A stretch of DNA of 63,702 nucleotides, the filler included, from Folioceros fuciformis (lineage: Eukaryota), in the NCBI GenBank assembly GCA_049999805.1. It is 17 parts of 17 records of this genome, joined end to end, with 100 filler letters (N's around TTAATTAATTAA, not from the genome) between each part and the next. Parts side by side here need not be neighbours in the genome. Positions count along the whole stretch, not along the records: positions 10,545 to 18,763 come from JBNGIO010006503.1; positions 18,864 to 26,280 come from JBNGIO010006505.1; 15 more parts are not named here. One strand, written 5' to 3'. This document shows positions 11,291 through 24,257 of this stretch, piece by piece. Within the stretch, counting starts at the first letter, position 1; every line of letters starts with the position of its first letter. The translations under genes were made by a program, and so were the position numbers. The notes beneath the pieces were generated by a model. That model saw only the letters and a program-made list of their open reading frames with translations, was not told the origin of the DNA and ran no database searches.

Positions 11291-12723
11291 TCAGACGTCT
11301 CCATCCCAAAGGTCCTCGAGCGTTTTGTAGGGGCCGTCTGGGTGGACAAACATCTGTGCCTGGAACATCCTCTTCTGCTCCAAGCTCCCGATCTTCTCCA
11401 GATCCTCGTCCGACAGAGTCCAATCGAAGATACCTGCGTTTTCAATCAGCCGGTGCTTCTTGTAGGACTTGGGAATGACAGAGACCCCGTGTGTCACAAT
11501 CCACCGGAGAACCACCTGCGTCATCCACATACCAACCAGGCAGCAGATGAGCTCATCAAAGGCTGGGAGGCAGCTCACACCAGGGTCACACCATTGCAAT
11601 CGCTAACAGGTGGCTGAAATGCCACCCACCTGAGCGGGAGTCTTATTGTGCTTTTCCGCCAGCTCCTGAATTACTGGGTTGTCGAATGCACACTTGCCGT
11701 ACGACTTTCCTGGTGCACCAAGAGGGGAATAGGCAGTGAGGTGGATCCCCTTCCTGTCACAGTATTCCCTAAGCCTTCTCTGCTGCCAGTTGGTGTTGAG
11801 CTCCACCTTCATGTCAGCAGCGGAGAGAGTGTCAGCAAGTCGTTAGGAGCCTTCTGTGTAGAAGCATGTACAGAGAAATGCAAGGGGGAGGATAGCTAAT
11901 AAAGACCTGGTTCACAGCCGGTACGATGCTGACGTGGGGAAGCAGCTTGTCCAGGTCTTTCACACTGAAATTGGACACTCCAATGGATCTCACCAGCCCT
12001 TCCCGCTGAAAGCCCTCCAAGGCTCTCCAAGTCGGGAGCAGATCATTGCCTGGAACGAAGTCCTCTGCTTTCAGTGGAAACGAGGCCCCTTTTCTGAGCT
12101 TCAGTGGCCAATGCAGAAGGTAAAGGTCCACATAATCCAGCTGAAGATTTCTGCCAACCCAGTCAACAAAATGAGCAAACCACGGACGACTGGTGTCCGT
12201 CATAAACGGCGAAGTGCAAGGATGTGTGTCACAAAGCTTACGCAAGCGATCTGCTCACTGCTATCCGAAGGTCCTCTGGTTCATAATCCGTGGGGGCAGC
12301 CTTCGTGGTCACGAAAACATCCTCCCGCTTCACGAGGCCCCTCCGAAAGGCCTCAGCTAAGCCTTGACCGATTCCAGTCTCAGAACCGTATATGGCAGCA
12401 GTGTCTACGTGCCGGTACCCAAGCTTGAAGTGCAAATACCCAGCTCTCACGGTCAGAAAGAGTGCAAGCGACTCCAGCAGTCCTCCCTAGGGCTTGCAGG
12501 GTCGCAAACACAAACTGAAGATTCGGGATTTCCATCACAGGAATGTTTCGGGGTACCATGTGAGAACTGGTTGAATCCTAACCTCAATGGCGGATAAAAT
12601 CCCCTGAGCCACGACCTCCGTGTCCACCTCTTCCCCGTAGTCAGGACCCGTCCCTACTCCGATGGCTGGGATGGCGTGTCCAGAGTTGAGCTTGAAGGAC
12701 AGAGGTGCTGAAGGTGAACCCAT
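11291..12723 (-). CDS. Aldo-keto reductase (plant AKR4-like), 5 exons
   Basis: Exons 12723-12583, 12423-12242, 12150-11907, 11806-11630 and 11515-11291, with GT-AG introns in phase. Motifs [42 protein letters not shown] and C-terminal LEDLWDGDV. Confidence 0.93.
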
Positions 12724-14852
12724 CCTGTCGTTGGCTTGCACCGCTACTCAGTGTGGGATGCGGGAACGAGGGCACCTTTTCAGTGCAGGCGAAATCCTGT
12801 GGGCCATTCTCAACATAATCGACGAGGCCCGGATGGAGCGGGAGATGCGTAAAGATCCCGGACATGGTAAATAGGATAATACTATCCTGCCTCAACTGGG
12901 AGAGACGTGTATAGTTGCAACACGAATAATGTTCGCCTGCTTCGAGAAGTGGACAGTCGTAACCACAATAGTTTCATCCTGCCTCAACAAGGAGAGACGT
13001 GTTACGCCTCCTTGCCGCACAACTGCATGACTTTCAGCCTCTAGTGGGAAGGAAACTGCTCCATTGATACCAAGCAGTGACCGCCCCCTCCGGGTAGTCA
13101 AAGAATTGTTGCCCCAGATTCATTCCTACCCCTGATGCCAACCAAGAGTGATCAAACTTCCAGAATCTAGCATTTGTCGCCTTGAATACGTACTACATAC
13201 CTGGCCAAGACAGTCAAAAGCAGCAGAAAAGTAAAATACAACACATGGGCGGGCGCACACGTAGCATGAGTTTCCCTGTCCCTACGTCGGAATAGCTTGG
13301 CACACGCCCGTCAGGGTACTATCCTGCTACCATTTTCGACTCCCAGGGCGTGCTTCCTGAGAGACCGAAAACGTGCCATGGTATCGGTCAACAAACCGGT
13401 TCCATGTGACAAGTCTCTCGGGTACATCAAAGTATCCATCCATATCACTAGCCGGCGCAGTTACTGCAGGAACCTGCAGAGGATCACCGTCCAACCCCAA
13501 GATCACGAGAAGTCCTAGGCTGGGTCCCCATGAACCCGAAACCAGAGTGCCAAGCCCGGGCGCTTGCCATGAGACCCAGGAACATGGCAGCAGACTTGGC
13601 CATCACTACGGCCTCAATCCACGCTCACATACCAAATACGCCTGTTGTTCCAACGGAGCGTCCAAATCGAGTCTAGCGCATCAGGCATCTTCCCCGCGCC
13701 ACGTTAACCAACCGCGCCCTGCCGACATTGCACAAGTGCAGCCATCGTGCTTTGTCAGCCCTCAGGAGGCCAGCACTAACCAGTGCTTGCCTTGCCAACT
13801 GACATTGCGGACTGAGCATCCAGCTGCACAGTCAAATATTCGCCACACCGTCGCCACTTGCAAGCAACTTTCATCGTTCACCTCCTTTGCCTTCACATTC
13901 ACCAGACAGGCACCAACAAGCCAAGCCGGGAGGGGCATGCCGTGAACGGGAGGAACAGCTCAGTACAAGCCCCCGGCTGATCTGCCATCACTACAGAGCT
14001 CGAAACCTTACCCGACTCAAACCACACAACTCAACCTTGGAAGGCTGATTCATGAGCTGGAGAGCACTCCATGCAATGCTTGATCATTTCCAAGCAACCT
14101 AAGAAACTGCCAGCCAGTCAGAGGCCACATGCACAAACAGCGGCCATAGGCACCTCGCCATCACACCTTTGTGGCCAAGCCCTCGCTTTCAGAATCCTAC
14201 TGAAGGCCATCCCGTAGTCCACCACATTCTCCACACACGCCTCCCACACGAAGCTGTTACCCGACAATACCTTCTCCATTATTCAACAATGTGGAAGGGC
14301 AGCTCCCTGCTCGTTTCAAGGCAGGCAAACAAGACACATCGAACTCGTCATGGCCGTGTCCTTGATCTGAAAAGCCAAGCGTGCATATTCAAGGTCGTCA
14401 CATTTCACATTTCACATTGCACGATGTCCGCAGGCCAAGCTTATCTCCATCCCATGGCGGGTGGAGCAACCAACATCAAAACGAATCGTCGAGGTCACCA
14501 GGCACCAGGAGAAACCCAACCGCAACGGGCCCGCAGACGTCCATCCGCCACACGCCATTCCGACAGCACTGTGTGTCCATCGCTCTGACGCTTTTGGACC
14601 ACGGGAGCTTTCCAGGTGCTTGTCCTTACCACCCATATGTACAACATACTGTACCTCATAGGTACATATGTTCTGTAAATACTATTTTTTGTATTTGTTT
14701 TCTCTGAGTCTTATTTTAATGGCGCTTTAAGAACGTAGTAGTTATGTAACCACCTCGTGGAGATCTGAGAAGAATATCTCTAGTTCCATCCACATATCCT
14801 AGTTTGAGTGGGACTAATTTTGAGTGGGACTAGGGTTGTGAAATGTGGCTCT

Positions 14853-14984
14853 TTAGAGACAACTAGTTTCCATGGCCCTAGTTTTCTATAGACAATGAAT
14901 GTCCATGGACATGGATTTCTATTGACAATGAGGGTCCATGGACATCCAGTGCTATAGACAATGAGTGTGCATGATCCTGGCTTT
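14853..14984. repeat. Degenerate 33-bp tandem repeat (about 4 units) in probable TE remnant DNA
   Basis: Units like CTATAGACAATGA.TGTCCATGGACAT start at 14853, 14886, 14919 and 14952. Other short duplications lie nearby (about 14803/14819 and 15364-15407). Confidence 0.75.
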
Positions 14985-16537
14985 CTACAAACTTTCAGCC
15001 CAAAATTGTAAACTTTGTAACCTAGGAATTGGTTAGACAATTCATGGATGATACACTTAAAGGCATTATGTTTATAGCTAGCATTTAGGGCATGTGCGAG
15101 CAAGAGTTGGGGATGAGCATGGAGTAGATTGTGTGACTAGTTTTGATTGAACTATTTGTGGAAGGCAATTTGTTTAGGCTTGGTTATAAATGATCTTAAT
15201 GCTAAGTAGCATATGTTATGTGCTGAACAATTCAAGACATTCCTAATTTTAGGAGCCTTAGGGCTAGCTACCTTCTAACTAAATCAAAATAATGAATAGT
15301 CGTGGACGAGACCTGGACTCCTTTGTAGTTTCTTAGCTCTAGATCTTTGTTCCTCCTCTCTTCTTCTCAATTAGCTCGATCATTTCTTCTCAATTAGCTC
15401 GATCATTAGCTTTATGGTGACATGAAGAGGGCTTGCTTCTTCTCCTTTGCTATGCTGCTCCCCCTACCTCTTCTTCTTCTCAAGTAGTTGTGACCATTCA
15501 ACTAGCTCTGTCTTTACTAGATGAGACCTTGCCTCCTCTTGTTTGCCATGAAAAGAGCTTCTTAGCTTGAAATCTTTGTTCCTCCTGTTTTCTTCTCAAT
15601 AGTTATGACCAATCAACTCCAATAAACTAGCTTGTAATCTTTGACCTTTTTTGATCATTTGCCTCTAGAGTATGTACTAGGACTGAAATTGTCCTGCTTG
15701 TTATTATGCATGCATATCAGCTCTACAATCGTTGTACATACGTATCAATTCTAAAATAGAGTAAGAATTGTTGACCAAGTACATACAAGCGAAGTTGCTG
15801 AGGACGAGCCGAGAAAGGCCTTGGAGAGCCGGATCTCATGTCAATCAGGTTCCTAAGAGAGCGACTCAGCATGACTAGATCAGAGGACCCAGATGGCTCA
15901 GAGGAACCACTCGGCATGACCAGATCAGACGAACCATGCACCATGCTTGCGAGGACCTCAAGTCTAGGTAGACCAGGCTTTTGTGTTGCTGCATAGAGGT
16001 AAGTGACATGTATCTATCTCATCAGTTGCATCCAGGCTTTCGGGTTTTGAGTATCGTCATGCAATCAGTCACAATTTACTTTCAAGAAGCACCTGGACTC
16101 ATGGTATTTCCTTACAGGCAGACGAAGTGGTTATTTGTGCTACACAGGGGATGATACCGAGGTTTCCACAAGTTGCCCGATCGCAGGTCCACTCGATCTA
16201 AAAGACTCCTAACAATTTACAAGAAGCGCGTTCCCCCAAGAGTGCGCGCGACAGTCCAGCTAGATACTAAACAACGCCCCATATACAACTCCCTAGAGTG
16301 AAGAGTCGTCTCCAACTCTGCATGAGCTAGGAACAGTTTAGACACTCATTCCAGCAGCATTTGTCACCAATGGGTGGACAGGAAGTAAAACAGGTCGCCT
16401 CTTGACACTCCTACATCTCCGATCGGGTCCCAGGAGCTTGAAACAGATTACATCCATTCGGCACTTGATGGTTGAGTGTGACCCAGCATGGCCACTCTAG
16501 CAAAACTCCCGACACAGCTGCAGAGTTGATAACACGT

Positions 16538-18056
16538 TCACTGTGATTTACCAGCTTGTAGTGCCTCGCTGAGGCGCTTAAGACCATCACCTATATTGTT
16601 CAGGGCGATGATATAGCCGTTTCCAAGCTGTGCTGTCATTGCGATGAATTCTTTGTGCCTCAGGTCTTTCCTCTCTTCTGCTTCTTGCAATACGGCAATG
16701 AGCTTGCCATTATTTTTCTCCATAAGAGACGCAATTCCCTCTGGTGCTTTCGGGGTAAACTTTCTCTTTTTCCCTGTTGCTAACCCATTCTCCGCATCAT
16801 TGCCAGCTTCCAGGTCTGATTGGTCTCCAGGACTGCCCACCACATTGTGTGATCCACCTGCAGCTGCCCACACAGTTCGATCAGCTCCCTCGTTCCCGGT
16901 AACAGCCAAAAAGCATCACGAATGTAGACTCTCCTAGGAGGGTTCCTCTGACATTCTCTAGCCTTGCTCAAGACCAAACCCCTGTACGAGTCCACTTCTA
17001 ATGCTTCAGGCATGCTGCTGACAAATCACTAGAAACAAAGGCAGGAGTCTACGAGCAACGTATTCTAGAACTGACGGCAAGAATGACATTGGACGGTCGA
17101 AGAAAGGGAAAGAACTATTCAACAAAAGTCCCTTGAAGCAAAAAGAACTATGAGACGAATTGAATGACACAATACCTGTCGCCCCAGCAGGTGTCGAAGT
17201 ATCCACGAGCAAATCGCTGGGATCAACTGCTCTGCTCCGGATGAACCACTTACCCAAGGCATTGTAGACCTCCCTGTGAAAATTGGGAGGTAACCTCTTC
17301 TTCTTTCTGTCGTCGTTAGTCATATCCCAGTACGATTTCTGTCCGGAAGTGACTCCCCTTTCATAGTCCTTGACTTTTTTGAAGTCAGCACCGATGCTCT
17401 CCCACTTATCCTGGCATTGCTGTGCACTTCTTTGCACAGAGTGAGCCCAGCAATGATCTTCTATCGCTTGCCACCTCTCCTGCGCAGTCTTATGCTTTTC
17501 CTTCGGGCCGCCTTTCAGCTGCCTGTCTTCGTCTTCCTTCCTAGCTGCCTGGAGAACTAGGACCTCATTCACCTGTTACGCGCCAAAGGTTTGCAATTAG
17601 GCAGCAGCTCCACACTTGCCATTCCGTTGCACACAACATGCATGTGTGGCCTACAAATGCAAAAGCTGTCTCAACATGCATGAACAAGTCGGAAGCCAAA
17701 AGAACATACATCCAGCAGTTCGATGAGCAAAATATAGTTCAATCCACCAATCACCCCTCACAGCTAACACAGAAACCAAGATACTGGACCACGGCGTGTG
17801 GTGATACTCAGAGCTTCCACGTCAGGGTGAGCTATGACGAAAACTAGTGGCCCCTCCAGCAGGCTTTCTGGAGCTAGACAAAACAGCAAGAAATGCTGCT
17901 CACCTGCCAATTGGCTTTCTTATAGATACGACCATTCCGGGAGCCTTGGCGCTCACCCATGAGGACATGGTCCTCACCTTCATTAGCCGAATCGTTCGAC
18001 TGATGGTGTTCAGGGTCCAGCTCGGCCATCATCCGTCCTTGCGATTCCACCATCAT
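16538..18056 (-). CDS. Trihelix (Myb/SANT-like) transcription factor, ASR3/SH4-like, about 3 exons
   Basis: Exons about 18056-17904, 17572-17176 and ~16860-16538 (start codon and last acceptor uncertain). Domain NWQVNEVLVL...RWQAIEDHC...RSAQQCQDKWESIGADFKKVKDYE...SYWDM..DDRKKKRLP..F.REVY, and a helical C-terminus IALNNIGDGLKRLSEAL. Confidence 0.82.
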
Positions 18057-18863
18057 GGTTCCCGACCAGGCGGGGCCGGGGCCCCGGTGGTGGTGTAGAG
18101 ATGCCAGCAAAACCGAGCCTTGAGTGACAGAAGGGGCAAATAAAGCAGCAGCGTTCCACACGGGGCTGTCAAGGGAGGCCAGAGCCAGAGAAGCCAAAGC
18201 AGCTCTCGTTACCCTGTACTAAATTGGACACCACCATCCCGACGCTACGCAAGAGGCCAACAGACCTAACCGGACAGTGCTAGGCCCCATTCCCGCAACG
18301 GGCCCTAAACCACACGAGCAGCAATTGCTCCGCTAGTGCGGCCGGTCCATCCCAACAGCGCTACCTTACACCTTGGGCAAAGACTACTCTCCAAGAAGCT
18401 GCCTCCGGCACGAAGGCAGCAGGGTATTAGAACACCTTCCAACTCCGGCCCGGCAAGAGCATCGGACAAGAAAGAAGCGTCCCCTCCCCGAAACGAGTCC
18501 TCGGCGCAAGAGCCAACAGCGGGCCAGGACTAAGAAAATCCGTCACCAGGGGGAGCAAGAACCTGGCGCATACCACCACCCCAGCTCCGCATCCCGCAAA
18601 AACCTGCAAACCCCGCAAAGGCCCGACAAGAAGGCCTGCCCGCAGAATTGAAAGGCAAATTGGCGAAGGCAACAGGCAGGCGACGACCACCCCCGTGAGA
18701 AGGTTGGCAGGCTGCTGGCCAGCAGGCGGGAAGGAAGGCAAGGCCCGGATGGCGGGGGCGGGGNNNNNNNNNNNNNNNNNNNNNNNNNNNNNNNNNNNNN
18801 NNNNNNNTTAATTAATTAANNNNNNNNNNNNNNNNNNNNNNNNNNNNNNNNNNNNNNNNNNNN

Positions 18864-20527
18864 TGCATCGTGTTCCCCAGAATGGAGAGCCTGTTCCCGG
18901 AGCTCTCAGGCTGCACCACCAGGCACACCACCTCGCGATTGTCCTCGTTTTCGACGACAATGTTCTCCACGGGAAGGCGCATCACCGCATCCCCGGCGAA
19001 GACGAAGCTCAGCCGAGGCAGACGCGACTTCCAATCCTCGGAGCCGCTCACGTTGAAGCAGAAATCCAGCACCTGGTCCGAGGACTCCACCACCGGGAAG
19101 CGCATTTGCCGCCGGAATTCCAGCCGCAGCAGTGTCACTACGGGAAGTGGCAAGTAGGACAGAGTGGTGCCCGAGTCGACGATGGTACCGCCCTCACCAT
19201 CCGGTCCCATGTTCCATACCGACCGGGCCACCGGCAGCTGGCGGTCACCCACGCTAACTCCAACTATCTGCACGTAGTAATAGGTCGAGCTGGTCGGCAG
19301 CGACAGCAGGGGCGTCCACTGCAGGCTAGAGTCGTCCAGCCGCGGGTCGTGCCCGAACACAATGCTGCTCGTCACCATCAGCGAGCTGGATCGCGGCACC
19401 AGGCAGTAGCTGAACTTGTTTCCATACAGCGAGCCCACCTGCGATGCCCAGGAGAGCTGGCCCTGCCCCAGCCCGAGAACTCCAGCCGCGCCCCGGAACA
19501 GGCCCTCGTTGCGATGTCCGCAGCCGAAGAGCACTGGAGAAATCTGGTCCACAGTTGTGCTGCCGCTATCGCTATCTCCGTTCCCTGAGCCGTTGCTGCT
19601 CACATCGTTGAGCGTGAAGGTCTCGTAGGCCAAGACGCCGGAGGTGTTGGAATGGTCGCCGTAGGAGTAGAAGAATCTGCAGGAAGAGTTCCTACGGGCG
19701 TCGCAGTTGGACCCCGGAGGCGGGTCCACATGGTCGCACTCCGGGGCGTGGCAGGAGACCGGTTCGAAGGAGCTGGAGTTGGAAGGGTTGAAGACTGGCC
19801 CCACCTGCTCGTAGCAGACTCGGCAGGGCTCGCACTGGAGCCAGTTGAGGTCGCTGCCTGTGTCTACAATCAGGGCAGTGGGCCTACTCGGCGTGCCGAT
19901 GCTCAGCTCCACGAAGTACTCGCCGGACCCCAAGGACAGGGCCGACCCCACTTTGCCTTGGAACGACTCTGACTCGGTGAGGAGCGGAGGGGACGGGTCG
20001 TAATGGAACCTGCGGATCTGACCCGTGCCCGAGCCCGTCCTAGTCTCTGTTCGTTCCCTGTCCTCCTGAAGGAATCGGGCAGCTCGCCGTGCGAAGATAG
20101 TGCTTCCGATCTGGGACATTCTGGCCGTGTCGCGACGAATCCAGGCCTTCAGCCGGCTAAATTCCATTGCAGCGTCATGCCGCTTGAGCCGGAAGTGATT
20201 GTTGAGGAGATAGTCCCGGTGTTTGAGCCGCATTCGGAAGGTGCTCGGTAACCTGGAGCTCTTTGTGGTAGAACCATCCGATGCCGAGTTCTGCCCCAGG
20301 ACCTGCGCTTGCAACTTGGCACGCCTGAGGTTATGATCCTGGGCACGTCTTGTTGGATTTCTGCGAGCGAGGCAGGCATACGGTTCCGGTGGTGTACTGC
20401 CGTCGACTGCGATGGAGAAATTGTGGTGCTCCTGTGACGCTCCTCCCATGCTGATGAAGACTCCCAAGGGCAGGAACAGAGCTAGTGCAATTGCAGCCAT
20501 AGTGATGAAGCGGAGAGGGGCTGCCAT
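18864..20527 (-). CDS. Secreted A1 aspartic protease (nepenthesin/ASPG-like), intronless, C-terminus cut by contig end
   Basis: Hydrophobic signal peptide, GSGEYFV, catalytic DTGSDLNWLQC and IVDSGTT, FGCG, FSYCL, SILGN. Confidence 0.95.
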
Positions 20528-23500
20528 GATCCAGTTTGGATCGTGATCAACTCAAGGAACGAATCCAGAGTGCACACGACTCCGAGTGTAACCAGAGAAC
20601 CCCCCAGAGAAGATTAATGATCGTGACCGATCGGCTGGATGCCGGAAAGATGAGAGTCTTCAAGGCCAAAGCTCCCGATCAATCATGGCACAAGTCTTGT
20701 CACAGTGGCTCCAATCCGGATCGGCAACGGCTCCACTTCCGTCGCCTCCGATGCTTTCGGCCTCAAGATCTGAACCACCTGCAGCTGCCACAAGCGGACA
20801 GGAAGCCGCGGGAGCTGCCGAGAACATTTAACTGCCACACGGAACACCAAACGTCCGACGGATTTGAATCTGATTGACCTGCGGCCTCAAGCTCCGGCTC
20901 TTCTGGTCTATCCAAGAAGACGAACACCTCCAGGGTCGACTACTGGACCTCCGCTTCCATCCCGTCCTCCTCAATGTTGTCCAGGCCAGCATGTGCGGCA
21001 ATACAAATCATTTTTGCTCCATAGCCTGACGCGCACGAATCTCACTTTCTTCCGCGCTTCTACGGACAATATAAATGCGAGCAGGTCAGATTTGGCTGAC
21101 CGAAACTCATGAACTTGCTGTCCATATCTGAACCCCTCCCAAGCCCTGTTTCTACCAGAAACCTGCCACAAGGACCAAATGCAGATGTCGCGTATTCAAG
21201 AAAAGAAAAGCAAAGCGCAGCTATCAGTCAGTTCGACAGACACTGGAAACAACAAATCGATTCCAACCAGGTGCCAAGCCAAACAGACATGAAATGCGAT
21301 TCCTTGCTTCATGCATCTATGATCGACTACGGTAGGCAAACTGTCAGAAAGTAACAAGGATAGAGAGGATTCGCAGAAACGGTACTGAGTGGAAAAGAAT
21401 TGAGACAGCACGCCACGACGCTAACCTCAATGTCCCTGTGCTAGATAGCGCTCGATCAGCACCACATCGCCTCCAATGTGATGCAACCAGAGCAACAAAC
21501 GCTGCCTCAAGCTTCCTGAGCGAAGAGTTTCGCAGCGTTTTCCAAGTAGTCTCACTTAGTCCTCTGTCGCAAACCAGTCCAAGCAGGGAAGCGTCCGTGG
21601 ACGGCAGAAGGGAATGACCGGGAAGAAATTGGATCGATAACGCGACAGGTTCGGTCAGGCCACGACCGGACGGGGACAGGTGGGACTCGAGTTTACACCT
21701 ACCGTCCTTGGAAGTCTCGTCTCCTGCTCACCGCACCGCCAGGCCAGGCCTCCGTCCCAGCGCCAGGAGCTGCAACGATCGCGCCAATTCTGCTGGCGTG
21801 CCAAAGAAATGGCTGACGGTGCAGACATCGTCAAAGGGATTAAGCCGGGCATCATCCGGGGAAGGTGTCGGCTAGCCTCTAGTTTTTTTAAGGCTCCGCC
21901 AGCCTTGCATGCAATCTCGCCTGGCTCCTCGCTGTAACCGTCCTTTTTCATCTGTTCCTCCCTTCGGCGCATCAGCACATATGCCGAGAAAGCCACCCCC
22001 CGCCATCATCTCCGCACTTGGGCAAAAATCTCCCATCACGGTCACGGTTGCCGCCAACAGAATTTTTTTTAATCTCCACCTGTGGCACGAGCCCAGCGCG
22101 TTTCTGTCCTTCACTGTGCGATCGGTTTTATCTGTTCCAGGCTCTCAGCCAGACATGTGTATACATAGATAGCCTTGCCTATGTCGTCGGTGACTGGTGC
22201 TTGCCTGTCAATTGACACGGTCAGAGATGCAACCCGCCAGCCTAAAATATACATTCCCACCGGCGATCTTTCTTTCTTTTGGCAAACATGGCATGGTGGT
22301 CGATGGCCCACAGGAGAGCAGTTCTACCTCCATAAAACAAAAACCGATCTCCAACTTCCAGGTTCCGAACCTTCAGATCTGCTCCAACAGCTTCAGGTAC
22401 AATTAGTCCTTTAGTCAAGTAGAGAGACCATCCACGGGAGAGCCTCACACAATAGCAAGGATTAAGTCTACTTCAGAAGTGATGGAGATAGCAAGCCTGG
22501 TCATGCTCAGCTGGACAGGACAAAATACCTAACCCTCTTGCCCAGCCAGACTTTTTCCAGGACTCCACATGATGTGCATTACGTGGTCAGCATCGACAGG
22601 CTGCCCTCAACGGGTCTCCATAGAGAAGAGAAGGGTACCATCCGCGCATCACTCAAGACACTGGGGCCATGAAATATCAATCCTCTTACCACCACCGGAC
22701 TCGTACAGAAGATTCGTCTCCCGGAAACAGGTGGGGCCGCATTGCTGCTGAAATCAGTCCCTTGTGTGTGAGCGTGAGGGTAGCCACCTAGACAAGCAAT
22801 CGGTTGGATGCAGCCGATGATGCTACTCTGCATGCCTCCAGGATGAACGTCAAGGGTGACCTGACAGTGTCTAGAGAAAACACGGTGTGTGATACAAGGC
22901 ACCAAGAGCGGCTGTCCAGCATGCCAGGAGAGGGCCACAAGAAACCATTTAGAGTGCGTCGTCTTGTGTGGCAAGCACATGAAATAACTGACCGGAGTGC
23001 AGAATGGAGACCCCTCTAGACGTGCACGAGCTGTCAGAGCTCTCGCTTTCTTATCGTATTCTTGTAGGTGGAGTGATTGATGTGAAGAAGGTTGTTTCGC
23101 TGATGAAGCTGGCCAAGTCGTGAGGCAAGTAGCTACGGTCCTTGGCCTGTGAGTCATGTGCGCTTTCGTGGGCCCCAAGTCCTCGTCGTGAACCACATAT
23201 TCCGAAAGTACATGTGCTACGCAACAACACTGGCAGCGAAGAACGACAGGGATTGCTGATGAACAGCACGCTAGTAGAGCCTTGTCAGGATGCCGGAGCC
23301 GGGTCTCTCTGACAAGACTTTGACACTGCTATCAAATGTGTACGTATGAGCACTTGAAATGAAAAGGTGTAGAAGGACCAAACAATTTTCTTGGGTCACA
23401 TCTACAACGCAGTCAGACAGTTTAGATCAGTCCTAATGGGAAAGGATGCACAGGCCAATGTGAATCCTGCACACAAACACACAGCAGTAAGGAGCCATGT

Positions 23501-24257
23501 TCTGCTGGTGCCCAACCTGCTGCTCTTCACAGAGTCACAGAAGGTCAAGGGTCATAGCCCCACAAATGTATTTGAGCCTTGTTACTTCAGGCAGAGTTGC
23601 CATCGTTTACTTGCTACAAACAATGCCCTCATAAAAGCACACACTGTGACTGCTCAACATCAATCCAAGTGCGAGCATTTTGCAACAGTCCCATCACAGT
23701 GCTCATGTGAGAAGAAATGCATTCACGTCGTCAGTCCAGCTAGGAATCCCTGCTAATAGCAATACACAAAGGATTTTCAACAAAACCTTCAGCTCCGAAG
23801 GTCGAGGTGCTTCCACTACACATGATCCAACACATGTCCAAAAATTCTCTCAAGGCACCAAGTTCCCACTAAACATAGTCATTCCCCCACCCAGGTAAAC
23901 AAGTCGTCATTTCTCTTGGGTACCATAGCTCATGACTTGCAAAGTCGGTTTGTGTTGCATGCCTCCGGTGAGAAGTAGCAAAATTGTGTTATGGAGCATC
24001 TTAACACGGTCTATGGTACCCCGATCCATGTGCTTGGTAGTCAGGACCGAAGGGCATATACTGAGAAGGGATCCGACAGGTCCATCCTCCCCGTCAACGG
24101 ATCCCTTAGCCCTTAGTAGAGAAACCACGTGCTGGTACTCGCACATCTCCTGTGCCATGATCTATTGATTCAGAAATTGTTACCCGCATGGAAGGAAGTC
24201 TTCTGCAGCCAAAAAACAAGCGAGGCAACATCTCGCGAGGCTACAAGGGAAGGGAAG

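Noticed and set aside
13297-14707. ORFs of 100-190 aa between the reductase and the repeat region
   Set aside because: No recognisable motifs or convincing exon structure.
16538-18056. Myb/SANT gene as the partner ORF of a PIF/Harbinger transposon
   Set aside because: No transposase or terminal inverted repeats seen, and the C-terminus fits host ASR3-like trihelix factors.
20536-24200. Many short overlapping ORFs between the protease and the PPR, including a possible rest of the DYW domain
   Set aside because: No family motifs, and no HAEKLA or CxDCH remnant found by eye.
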